A stretch of 64,000 bases of DNA from Clostridia bacterium (GTDB taxonomy: Bacteria > Bacillota > Clostridia > Christensenellales > CAG-314). The notes under the pieces are model-generated. The model made no database searches and was not told where the DNA came from. It saw only the letters and a list, made by a program, of their open reading frames with translations. The DNA lies in the NCBI GenBank assembly GCA_017457305.1, contig JAFTHP010000044.1, positions 118,411 to 182,410 on the forward strand, written 5' to 3'. Within the stretch, counting starts at the first letter, position 1, and every line of letters begins with the position of its first letter. Positions 19,168 to 28,116 of this stretch are shown here, piece by piece. The position numbers and the translations under genes are program-made.

Positions 19168-19356
19168 TTATTTTACCTCACTACTTAAATTTTGATATAT
19201 TCAAGCGCATTAAAGCGCGTTAGTTGCCGTATTAAACACACATTATTTGTGCTATATTCAATTTTGAGTGTTATCCGCAATTTTCAGTTTCGTAATAACG
19301 TTACCATGAGTTATGCAAGACAACCACTACACAAACCCTCATCAAATTGTCAACAT

Positions 19357-19605
19357 TTATTTGTTTGCTGTAAGCACACTTTTTGCTTGTACGCCGACAA
19401 TTCTACCCAGTGCCCCAGTCAAAGCGGAAATATCTTCCACACTACCTTTTACAATGAGTGCAATTACATTTTTCTCGTTTTCGTGGCTAGGAATACCCAT
19501 TCTGCCAGCAATTACTTGACAGTGGGCGGAAAGTACCGCTTGTACACTTGATACAGCACTTTTGTCGCTTACTACTATTGCCACAACACCAATTCTTTGT
19601 TCCAT
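19357..19605 (-). CDS. TM1266-like small ACT-fold protein (family annotated as putative iron-only hydrogenase system regulator)
   Basis: 82 aa. The pattern MEQRIGVVAIVVSD...IAGRMGIP...IALIV...ISALTGALGRIVGVQAK matches my recollection of the TM1266 family. Confidence 0.6.
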   Translation of the reverse strand: MEQRIGVVAIVVSDKSAVSSVQAVLSAHCQVIAGRMGIPSHENEKNVIALIVKGSVEDISALTGALGRIVGVQAKSVLTANK

Positions 19606-19640
19606 ATTTTCTCCTTTTTGTGCGATTTATTTTGTCCAAC

Positions 19641-19672
19641 AAAAAAACGCCCCTTCGAAGTCGAAAAGGCGC
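19641..19672 (-). terminator. Intrinsic terminator inside the 5' leader (attenuator) of the TM1266-like/ABC operon
   Basis: Minus strand CGCCUUUUCG-acuu-CGAAGGGGCG followed by U7, 35 nt upstream of the start codon. Confidence 0.7.
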
Positions 19673-19816
19673 AATAGTAGCATATATACAAATATTTGCC
19701 CATACTGCCACAGCTGTTGAGTGTTCGTCAACCCTGTAGGAATACTAGCCTATTTTTGCAAAAGCACATCCGCCTCTCCGAACAATTACATCGAGAAAGA
19801 TTATTTTTGTAAGTTT

Positions 19817-19845
19817 ATTATATGATAACTAGTAATTTTTGTCAA
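19817..19845 (-). promoter_or_regulatory. Consensus sigma-A promoter of the leader
   Basis: Minus strand TTGACA (19845-19840), 17-nt spacer, TATAAT (19822-19817). Confidence 0.7.
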
Positions 19846-19895
19846 TTGATTTACGCATATTGCTGATTATTAACTATGCACAATTATCAACCCAA

Positions 19896-20684
19896 TTATT
19901 TGTCGTCCCTGGCAACATCGCCAACACCGTTGAGTATCAAACGTGGGCGGAAAGGGAATTTTTGAACAGTTTCCCTACTTGACACACCACTTAGTACAAG
20001 TATGGGGTCAAGGCCAGATTCGATAGCTGCAATCATATCGGTATCCATGCGGTCACCAATCATTGCAACGTCGGCAGAGTGAATACCAACTGCGTGGAAG
20101 CGTCCCATTGCCGCACGCATCATAAGTGGGTTGGGCTTGCCAACAAAGTATGCTTTGCGATTGGTAGCATATTCTACTGGAGCAACAAGTGCCTTGCACG
20201 CTGGAACTTCGCCCGATTCGGTTGGCGTAGTTATGTCACTATTTGTTCCAATAAGCTTTGCCCCACGATTTACCAAAATGCTCGCCTTGCGGATGCTTTC
20301 AAAGTTGTAGTTTTCCGTTTCGCCAATTACAACGTACTCCGGATCAACGTCATTGATGGAAATACCCACTTCGTACAATGCGTTTGTCAAGCCTGCGTCA
20401 CCAATTACATATGCCGTTGATGCCCCTTGACTCTTCAAAAAGCTAGCCGTTGCAAGTGCCGCTGTGTAGAAATTTTCTTCGCCAACTTCCAAACCCATAC
20501 GTTTGAGCTTTTCCTTTAGCTCGCGTGGAGATTTTTGACTGTTGTTTGTCAAGAACAAAAACTTTTTGTCGTTATTGTACAGCCACTCAACAAATTCCTT
20601 TACGCCATTTAGCAATGTGTTACCGTGGTAGATAACACCATCCATATCACAAATAAATCCTAATTTATTTTTTAGCTTGTCCAT
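19896..20684 (-). CDS. HAD-superfamily subfamily IIA hydrolase (NagD-like sugar phosphatase)
   Basis: FICDMDGVIYHG (DxDG), LTNNS, GDRMDTD motifs. Confidence 0.8.
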   Translation of the reverse strand: MDKLKNKLGFICDMDGVIYHGNTLLNGVKEFVEWLYNNDKKFLFLTNNSQKSPRELKEKLKRMGLEVGEENFYTAALATASFLKSQGASTAYVIGDAGLTNALYEVGISINDVDPEYVVIGETENYNFESIRKASILVNRGAKLIGTNSDITTPTESGEVPACKALVAPVEYATNRKAYFVGKPNPLMMRAAMGRFHAVGIHSADVAMIGDRMDTDMIAAIESGLDPILVLSGVSSRETVQKFPFRPRLILNGVGDVARDDK

Positions 20685-20831
20685 TTGTTACAACCCCCAA
20701 TAGCAATATTATATTACATTTTGCTACAAAAGTAAATACAAAGATAACAACCAAATTGTAAAATGGCATTTACAAATAAACAAAAAAAGAGAACGTTGCT
20801 ACAAAAGCATTGTTCTCCTTGCTGACAATTA

Positions 20832-21440
20832 TTATTCTTCATCTGGTTGCTGTCCGTCGTGAGCCAACCACTTGCAGTTGGATAGTTGCATGTTGGTAAA
20901 GGTTGCAACAAAAGAAGAATCTTCTGGACTGCACGCATATATTCCAAACCTAATTGTTCCACCACCATTAAACATGTGGCAAACACGCATTTGCTTGAAT
21001 ACCACTCCGTCTTCCGAGCACTCCAAGCAGTAGTCGTCCCCTCTGCGACTAAACCTGTACCATATAAATTTTATATTAGCATCAATTTCGGTGGTTGCCC
21101 AGTCGGAGTAGCCGTTGTTTGTTACAACGCTACCAAGATGCTGAAAATCTTGATTTTCGTACTCGATGGATGCTTTGAGCCAGTTGTCGCTATCCAAGTA
21201 CATAACAACACCACATTGGTCAAAACGATGTTTGCTGTCAAACTGTGTTTTTACCGTAAAGGAAAAGAATTGTCTATCCGTTTCCATTTGCAATACAGGT
21301 GCATTGTCGTTGCGGAAGTGGTAATAGGTTCTTTGCCACAAATCAGTGTGGGGCTGTGTTGTGATTTCTATTTTGTCTTTTGTAATTACGTAACTGGCAG
21401 GCTCTCTTGTCCATTGCAGTTTCGATGTATCAAACGTCAT
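20832..21440 (-). CDS. DUF1349-family protein (concanavalin-like fold)
   Basis: 202 aa. The W..EP....I....I.I......DLW..T...F..DNAP pattern is typical of DUF1349. Confidence 0.65.
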   Translation of the reverse strand: MTFDTSKLQWTREPASYVITKDKIEITTQPHTDLWQRTYYHFRNDNAPVLQMETDRQFFSFTVKTQFDSKHRFDQCGVVMYLDSDNWLKASIEYENQDFQHLGSVVTNNGYSDWATTEIDANIKFIWYRFSRRGDDYCLECSEDGVVFKQMRVCHMFNGGGTIRFGIYACSPEDSSFVATFTNMQLSNCKWLAHDGQQPDEE

Positions 21441-21453
21441 AGTAACTTTCCTT

Positions 21454-22062
21454 TTATGTTTCCTTTTCTACAAACTTAACGTTGGAAAAATCCAATTCCA
21501 TCAACTCTTCTTCCTTGATTAGAAATACGTAGTGGCCACCCAGTGGCGCAAGATAGCCAAAGGTTAGCATATCTTCCCTTGGCAAGGCAAGAAAATCAAT
21601 TTCCAACAAGGTAATATATCCTTCGGTGTCGGTATCAGCGTAGATATCCAAATCGGGATTGATATCCCCCGCTAAATAGTGACCTTCTTGCAAAGATTCA
21701 TCAAACACCAACCTATACCCTTGTGTAATACCAAAGTCAGCACTAAAAGCGTCGTTGATGTCGTCGTACACTTCCAATGGACCTGTTTGCAAATCACTAG
21801 CATACAAAACCTTTGGTTCATAGGTGTCTACGTCAATGAAAAAGTACAGCATACCTTCGCTGGGTAGCAGGGATTGTTTGTGTGCAATATCTTGCAAATT
21901 GACTTGCATAATAAAGTAGTCCGACTCAGACAAAATACACTCCCCATCTGCGTCAATCAAAAAGTTTTGTGGGAAAGTTGGACAACCCAAAAACTTGGAA
22001 CAAGCATATGTTTGCTCCGACTCCTGTTCTATTGGTGTTTGAGAAAAATAAATACCTTTCAT
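21454..22062 (-). CDS. YwqG/DUF1963-like protein
   Basis: 202 aa. FLGCP..P, MQVNLQDI and LPSEGMLYFFID resemble the DUF1963 core. Confidence 0.45.
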   Translation of the reverse strand: MKGIYFSQTPIEQESEQTYACSKFLGCPTFPQNFLIDADGECILSESDYFIMQVNLQDIAHKQSLLPSEGMLYFFIDVDTYEPKVLYASDLQTGPLEVYDDINDAFSADFGITQGYRLVFDESLQEGHYLAGDINPDLDIYADTDTEGYITLLEIDFLALPREDMLTFGYLAPLGGHYVFLIKEEELMELDFSNVKFVEKET

Positions 22063-22176
22063 AATACAAACTCCTTATGTGAAGTATAACAAAATGTTAC
22101 ATGTACGACTATTTAAGTTTGCTACACGTACATTTTAATATCTATTAGTTGCATATATCACAGTTTGCATCAACTG

Positions 22177-22407
22177 CTAATTAAATCTTATTTGCGGGTT
22201 TAGTTCTTGCGGAGATTTCCACTCTATGCCGTAGTCGACAAGCAAAATTTCCTTTTTGTACAGCACGTACAAGTGTGCGTTACCCCTGTTTATTTGCCCA
22301 CCCATTTTGGAAAGAATCTTTGCTTCCAACTCGTCCTTGATGACTTGATACTGTTCGGTATCTTCTACGGGATCATATTTGTAATTTCTGCTAATCATAC
22401 ATTTCAC
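22177..22407 (-). CDS. Hypothetical protein, 76 aa
   Basis: ORF only; no motif recognised. Confidence 0.35.
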   Translation of the reverse strand: MKCMISRNYKYDPVEDTEQYQVIKDELEAKILSKMGGQINRGNAHLYVLYKKEILLVDYGIEWKSPQELNPQIRFN

Positions 22408-22570
22408 TCTACCTTATTTTCCAAAGTATTGTCGCCCAAGAAAACCAATGCACGATGGCGCGCTTTTCAACGTGTTTAGTTGCAACGCAACAGCCATTGC
22501 CAGGTCTTCATCTTACTGGTTATAAACAGCAAAACCTTCTACTATATGGTCAATCTCTTTTGAGACACAA

Positions 22571-24229
22571 CTATTTGCTCCTCAACTGTTTTAGCAATGC
22601 GTAGTATTCTGCCGTAAAGGTATCTCTAATATAGGGGACATAGGGTTCGTGTTCTTCCAGTACAGCTAGCGCACCAGATGGATCATTTTCCACAATCCTT
22701 GGTGCAAGTGGAGCAATTGCCAAATGAAATCCTAACTTCAATGCTTGGGCAAAATACTCGGTTGCTTTTGCATCGTTTTGCTGATAGATTGGCTCGTTAA
22801 CCTGTCGGTTTTTAGTTGCAACATAGTAAAGATAGTTTGTTAGTTGCTCCAACATTTCCGATACGTTTTTCCCTTCTGCCAACCTACGCTTAATTTTATT
22901 GTATTCCCATTTTAATGTGCTAGCTAACTCCATCAAGGAATAGAACTTTATTGAATTTTGTTTCATATATAGCTTGATGTCAGCTTCGATATCCGCCCCT
23001 TGATAGTTGTACGTTAAACCCTCCAAATAATCATATTCAAATTGCTTCTTTGCTGTCTTAGCAATGTTATAGTGGTACAATCCTAGCAAATAGTATGCCA
23101 AACCGTTGCCATTTTGGGCTATTTTTAGCAAGCTGTCGGCTAAAGATGCGTGGTCTTCCGTTTTGTCGTAGTGTTGAATAATCAGCACCGCGATGGCTAG
23201 AGGATCGCCCTTTTCCGCTTCCTTGCGGATAGTTTCCAGCATATCTTCCACGTAAAAACGTTCTTTGGTAATGGTACCGCCGTCATAGGGGTCGTCTTCC
23301 TCCCACGTTTTCCAGTATATCTTTTTGTTTTGTGGTGCAACGCCATTGAGCATATCGTAGTACTCTGCCAAATGATGAACGTTGTGCGTTGGATTTCCAA
23401 ATGGATCGTTGTGCGGTCTACCTAATGTCAAAAACAAAGTGATATTGAGTTCTACATTTCTGCGCATATCTTGCAAGGAGTTATCTCCCTGTTCAGTTGG
23501 AATAGTAGCATAGTAGTAGGCATCCTTGTATCTACCCATCTTTTCCAACAGGACAGTTTTCTTTATCTTGTCCATCTTCTTGTTTGTATTTTCCAATAAA
23601 TTGTAAATACGCTCAATACCACGATTACAATTAATATCGTCAACAGAAAGATAAATATTCAAAGCTTTGTTTATATCCACAAAAGTGCCATAACCCTTTT
23701 CGTAACAGAGGCCAAGCTCGTAGCAATCTCTACCCGCATCAACAAGCAAATCAAATGCTGACTGAAAATTACCTTCCATTATCAAAAATCTTGCAAAATC
23801 TGCTGCTTTGTATTTGTCTTGCTTAGCCGCAACCCAACACTCGTCACAAAACTGTTGATACTCTATCCACTCAACACGCAAAGTTGCTGGAGAATTTTCG
23901 CCACCACTAGCATAACGCCAATAGGTGTCGACACACTTTATTTCTACCGATTCGCCCCTTTTTAGTGTAGCCCTTTCCGTTACCACTTCGGTAGTCTTTG
24001 CAAAGGTGTGTGGTTTGGAATAAATACTATACTTGTAGAAAAATTCTATCTGGTTTTCGGAAAAACGTTCTACGGTTACCGCTATATCGGTAGGTACACT
24101 TCCAAGCGAAAACATGGTTGACTTTTGTTTTTCGTCAAAAAGTTGATAGTATTCCCAAACTGCTTCCTTGTAGTTGTTACCAGAACTTGTGTAAGAATAA
24201 GTGTATTTCAATATCATACTATATTTCAT
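22571..24229 (-). CDS. Hypothetical 552-aa protein with Sel1/TPR-like repeats
   Basis: Segments such as CYELGLCYEKGYGTFVDINKALNIYL and AYYLLGLYHYN look Sel1-like. The N-terminal ~130 aa are unrecognised. Confidence 0.45.
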   Translation of the reverse strand: MKYSMILKYTYSYTSSGNNYKEAVWEYYQLFDEKQKSTMFSLGSVPTDIAVTVERFSENQIEFFYKYSIYSKPHTFAKTTEVVTERATLKRGESVEIKCVDTYWRYASGGENSPATLRVEWIEYQQFCDECWVAAKQDKYKAADFARFLIMEGNFQSAFDLLVDAGRDCYELGLCYEKGYGTFVDINKALNIYLSVDDINCNRGIERIYNLLENTNKKMDKIKKTVLLEKMGRYKDAYYYATIPTEQGDNSLQDMRRNVELNITLFLTLGRPHNDPFGNPTHNVHHLAEYYDMLNGVAPQNKKIYWKTWEEDDPYDGGTITKERFYVEDMLETIRKEAEKGDPLAIAVLIIQHYDKTEDHASLADSLLKIAQNGNGLAYYLLGLYHYNIAKTAKKQFEYDYLEGLTYNYQGADIEADIKLYMKQNSIKFYSLMELASTLKWEYNKIKRRLAEGKNVSEMLEQLTNYLYYVATKNRQVNEPIYQQNDAKATEYFAQALKLGFHLAIAPLAPRIVENDPSGALAVLEEHEPYVPYIRDTFTAEYYALLKQLRSK

Positions 24230-24294
24230 CGTTAAATCTCCTAACTTGTATACTTAAATCAGCTTTGTTATACATTATTACTTATCACTACTTA

Positions 24295-24498
24295 CTACAC
24301 CAATTCTACAATATCGCCAATGTTGCAACCAAAATATTCGCATATTCTAACCAGTACCGACATTGCAACTTCTTCGTCCCTGCGTAATTTGGTCATCGTG
24401 TTTGGAGCAAGATTGATTGCCTTTCGCAAATCGCATTTGCTCATTTTGTGGTCGACAAGTAACTTCCACAACTTTGTGTAACTAATTTTCCTTTCCAT
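24295..24498 (-). CDS. Small XRE/Cro-type HTH transcriptional regulator
   Basis: MERKISYTKLWKLLVDHKMSKCDLRKAINLAPNTMTKLRRDE... I prefer the ATG at 24498 over 24588. Confidence 0.7.
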   Translation of the reverse strand: MERKISYTKLWKLLVDHKMSKCDLRKAINLAPNTMTKLRRDEEVAMSVLVRICEYFGCNIGDIVELV

Positions 24499-24690
24499 AG
24501 TAATCACCTTTTGTACACTCCGTGTCCAGCCCTGTCCATGCTGGGCTTGCTCTTTATCAATTATACCACATATCAACCCTTTATTCAATAGGCTATGACG
24601 AGTTTTTCGCTATATTTTGAGCAACTTTCGCAAGTTCTTGCGATTTTTTGCACAAATAAATGCTCCCACATGGGGAGCATTTTTGTCAGG

Positions 24691-25647
24691 CTATTCAGCT
24701 ATTGAAATTTTTATATCGCCAGTTTTTGTAATTAGTTTGCAACTTCCACCAGCAATTGACTGTGGTACACGTACGTTTCCTGTGTCGGACGTTGCATCAA
24801 AGTTTTTGCCCGTGAGCAATGTTCCTTGAATATCCCCCGTGCTTGTTTTTGCATATACCTCTCCACCGTCACTACCAACGAATCTAATGTCCCCAGTGCC
24901 CCTAGTAATTGAGATTTTTCCCGTTGCTACAACCCTTGTCAATACTATATCGCCAGTGCTACCATCGGATGTTAGGTTACTACAAGTAACTCTTTCAACA
25001 TCTACCTTTCCTGTTGTTACTTTTGCACTAATGTCCCCTTGAACGGTTACGCTAGATAACTCTATTTCCCCTGTTGTAAGGGAAATATCGAGCACACCAA
25101 TGCTGCAGTTTTCCACTTCCACGTCACCTGTGCTAGCAGAAATCTTCAATAGGTTATTTACCTTGGCACTACAATTGATATCTCCCGTGCTTAAACTCAA
25201 AGTAATATCATCAAACGTCAATCCACCTGGGATGTCAATATCCCCTGTGCTTCCCTGTACGTCAAGAACACGATACTGCGTTAGGGGCAAATATATTGTA
25301 ACTTTAAGATTGTTTCCACCAAAAACTATACCTTGCCAACCATCTGCCTTTGTTACACTAACTGTCAACACGCCGTTATTAACAACTACGTTGTGAACAA
25401 ACCTTTCCGTATCGTAGCTCACAACCTTGCACTTGCCGTCAGTAGCCACAATAAACTCAACGTCGGATATACCAACGTCAATGGATATATCGGTAAATTC
25501 ATTGGAAATATCGTGTGTGTTGATTGTGTAATTGCGACGATTGAACAGTTGGTTCAGGTCGGATGCTCCCGCCGAGATAGCCACAATAATTGTACCAACC
25601 AACACAAGCACCAATGCTATAACTAGCCATTTCTTTGTTGATTTCAT
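24691..25647 (-). CDS. DUF4097-family beta-repeat protein (putative adhesin or stress sensor) with an N-terminal TM helix
   Basis: Repeated (S/T)TGDI(x) strands. The ATG at 25647 shares 1 nt with the upstream stop (TAATG). Confidence 0.7.
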   Translation of the reverse strand: MKSTKKWLVIALVLVLVGTIIVAISAGASDLNQLFNRRNYTINTHDISNEFTDISIDVGISDVEFIVATDGKCKVVSYDTERFVHNVVVNNGVLTVSVTKADGWQGIVFGGNNLKVTIYLPLTQYRVLDVQGSTGDIDIPGGLTFDDITLSLSTGDINCSAKVNNLLKISASTGDVEVENCSIGVLDISLTTGEIELSSVTVQGDISAKVTTGKVDVERVTCSNLTSDGSTGDIVLTRVVATGKISITRGTGDIRFVGSDGGEVYAKTSTGDIQGTLLTGKNFDATSDTGNVRVPQSIAGGSCKLITKTGDIKISIAE

Positions 25648-26246
25648 TACACGTTCTCCTTTTTTACAAAGCATTTTTTGATGCCAACGACAATTTGTTT
25701 AGAAAGCCAAATTGCACCCTTTGTTGCATACTTGCATCCAAGATAGAACAATATTGCACATCCAGCACAAACAATACTGCCGCCAACAAGCAAAACCGCA
25801 TTCCATCCGTTACCGCCAATAGCCGCCACTATTGCCGCAATGACAAGTGCTGGCGAACAAACAGCAACAGAAACAAGCACCGCCCAAAATGATATAATTA
25901 CCGACCAAAGCACCATATACAGCGAGAACACCACCGACACAAGCGCAACAACTATAGAAAACCAAATTGGTGCACCCAATACCAGTAGAACTATTTCCCA
26001 AGCCTCCAGCTGTCTTTGTGGCTTGATGCGCTCCTTGGCAATTTTGCCCAAAGGAATATCGCTGATAATTTGCGTGGCAATTTCGTCAACTGTGCCAATA
26101 TCCGCCACAGCCTGTTCTTCTGTTAATCCTTCTTCTATGCGATCGTCAATCATTTCCACATAGAAGTTAATTCTTTCATCAATTTCCTGTCTGGGTAGAC
26201 CAGAAAGCTTTTTTCTAAGCTTAATAACAAATTCCTGTTTTGTCAC
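25647..26246 (-). CDS. DUF1700-family membrane protein
   Basis: MTKQEFVIKLRKKLSGLPRQEIDERINFYVEMIDD... N-terminus followed by TM helices. Confidence 0.7.
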   Translation of the reverse strand: MTKQEFVIKLRKKLSGLPRQEIDERINFYVEMIDDRIEEGLTEEQAVADIGTVDEIATQIISDIPLGKIAKERIKPQRQLEAWEIVLLVLGAPIWFSIVVALVSVVFSLYMVLWSVIISFWAVLVSVAVCSPALVIAAIVAAIGGNGWNAVLLVGGSIVCAGCAILFYLGCKYATKGAIWLSKQIVVGIKKCFVKKENV

Positions 26247-26247
26247 T

Positions 26248-26559
26248 TTACTTATCCTCCTTTGTCACAAACTGATAGATACACATCACTTCGCGCCACT
26301 CGTTTTTGAAATCTTGTATTCTTCCAAGCCCCGCATTTGTAATGTGATAGTACTTTCGCAATCGCCCATCGTGCTCGGACGTGCGAACAGTAAGCATACC
26401 AGCTAGCTCCAATCGTTTCAAAATGGTATACAAGGTAGACTCCGACATTTCAATGTATGGCTTCATATCCTTGATAATCTTGTACCCATACGAATCTTCA
26501 TTTTTGATGGCGGCAAGAACGCACACGTCCAATAGCCCACGTTTTAGTTGAATATCCAT
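26248..26559 (-). CDS. PadR-family transcriptional regulator
   Basis: 103 aa. GLLDVCVLAAIKNEDSYGYKI...ESTLYTILKRLE. Confidence 0.85.
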   Translation of the reverse strand: MDIQLKRGLLDVCVLAAIKNEDSYGYKIIKDMKPYIEMSESTLYTILKRLELAGMLTVRTSEHDGRLRKYYHITNAGLGRIQDFKNEWREVMCIYQFVTKEDK

Positions 26560-26691
26560 TAAATACTCCCCCTTGTGATATACATCGTATCACGAAGTAT
26601 TGTTGTTGTCAATAGATTTATTAAACATTTGTTAATAAAAATCCATTTTACGGCTTTGAAGCTAGCTAATACACAAAATAAGTAGATAAAC

Positions 26692-26720
26692 TTGTAATTG
26701 GTAGCAAATAGTGCTATAAT
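26692..26720 (+). promoter_or_regulatory. Extended -10 promoter for trkAH
   Basis: TTGTAA, 17-nt spacer, TGCTATAAT. Confidence 0.55.
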
Positions 26721-26756
26721 ATGATGTGATCATAATTCATAATAGGAGTTTTTATT

Positions 26757-28112
26757 ATGAAAGTAATTATCGTTGGGTGCGGCAGAGTAGGCCAATCCCT
26801 AGCAGAAAAACTAAATAGTGATGGCAACGAAGTTACCGTAATTGACCTAAATGCGTCAAAGGTAAACGACGTTACTGCCAAGTGTGACATCATGGGCTTG
26901 GTAGGCAACGGCGCCACCCCCACCATCTTGCGTGAAGCGGGCATTTCCAATACCGATTTGTTCATTGCCGTTACCAACTCCGACGAACTAAACCTTTTGT
27001 GCTGTGTTGTGGCAAAGAAGGAAAGCAAGGCAAACACCATAGCTCGGCTGAAAAATCCCGAATACAGCGAAGTTGCACCATATCTTACCAAGGAATTGGG
27101 CCTTGCAATGGTTATCAATCCCGAATACGCCGCAGCGGAAGAAATTGCACGCGTTTTGCGTTTCCCCACAGCTATTCAAATTGAACCATTTGCCAAGGGA
27201 AAGGTGGAGCTAATCAAGTTCCGCTTGGGCAAGGATAGCGAACTAGCCAATATTTCTGTAAAAGATCTTGCTACCAAGTACACGTCCGACGTTTTGGTGT
27301 GCACCATTGAACGTGGCGAAGACTCCTTCATTGCAAAGGGCGACTTTATCTTCCAAGAAAAGGACGTTGTTTCCATTGTTGCAACACACAAGGCAGCAAG
27401 TGCATTTTTCAAAAAGATCAACCACAAGGGACGCTCCGTTAAAAACGCATTGATTGCTGGCGGCGGCTCTATCACACACTACTTGTGCTCAATACTAGAA
27501 CGCTCTGGCATTGCATTGACAGTTATCGAAAAGGATATCAAGGTTTGCGAAGATCTTTCAGCGCAATGGGACAAGGTTGACGTCATCTGTGGCAACGCCT
27601 CCAGTAACGAATTGATGCTAGAAGAAGGCATCGACACAGCCGAAGCATTTGTATCCTTGTTGCCAATGGACGAAGAAAATATTTTGCTTTCACTATTTGC
27701 CAAGGAGGTTAACCGCGGAAAAATTGTTACAAGAATTAACCGCACCGACTACGACAGTGTAATTTCTCGTTTGGACCTAGATACTATCATTTGCCCAAAA
27801 AACATCACTGCAGATACAATTTTGCGTTATGTTCGCTCCACAAACAATGCCAAGGGTAGCAACATTGAAACAATGTACAACATCATCCAAGGCGAAGTTG
27901 AAGCGTTGGAATTTATCATCAAGGAAAACTCCCCAATAGCTGGAACACCACTTAGCAAGCTCAAGTTCAAAAAGGACGTTTTGATTGCTTCCATCTACCG
28001 CAACGGACAGGTTATTGTTCCCCACGGTGGCGACGAAATTCAACCAGGCGATGCTGTAATCGTTGTTACAAAACAGCTTGGATTGCACGATGTGGCAGAT
28101 ATTTTGAGGTAG
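26757..28112 (+). CDS. trkA: Trk potassium uptake system NAD-binding subunit TrkA (two RCK modules)
   Basis: MKVIIVGCGRVGQSLA Rossmann motif, repeated at LIAGGGSITHYL; 451 aa. Confidence 0.9.
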   Translation: MKVIIVGCGRVGQSLAEKLNSDGNEVTVIDLNASKVNDVTAKCDIMGLVGNGATPTILREAGISNTDLFIAVTNSDELNLLCCVVAKKESKANTIARLKNPEYSEVAPYLTKELGLAMVINPEYAAAEEIARVLRFPTAIQIEPFAKGKVELIKFRLGKDSELANISVKDLATKYTSDVLVCTIERGEDSFIAKGDFIFQEKDVVSIVATHKAASAFFKKINHKGRSVKNALIAGGGSITHYLCSILERSGIALTVIEKDIKVCEDLSAQWDKVDVICGNASSNELMLEEGIDTAEAFVSLLPMDEENILLSLFAKEVNRGKIVTRINRTDYDSVISRLDLDTIICPKNITADTILRYVRSTNNAKGSNIETMYNIIQGEVEALEFIIKENSPIAGTPLSKLKFKKDVLIASIYRNGQVIVPHGGDEIQPGDAVIVVTKQLGLHDVADILR

Positions 28113-28116
28113 CATT

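Noticed and set aside
26560-26756. Looked for a c-di-AMP (ydaO/kimA-type) riboswitch upstream of trkAH
   Set aside because: The leader after the predicted promoter is only about 30 nt. It has none of the conserved ACGGGGA/CCCG-type elements I recall.
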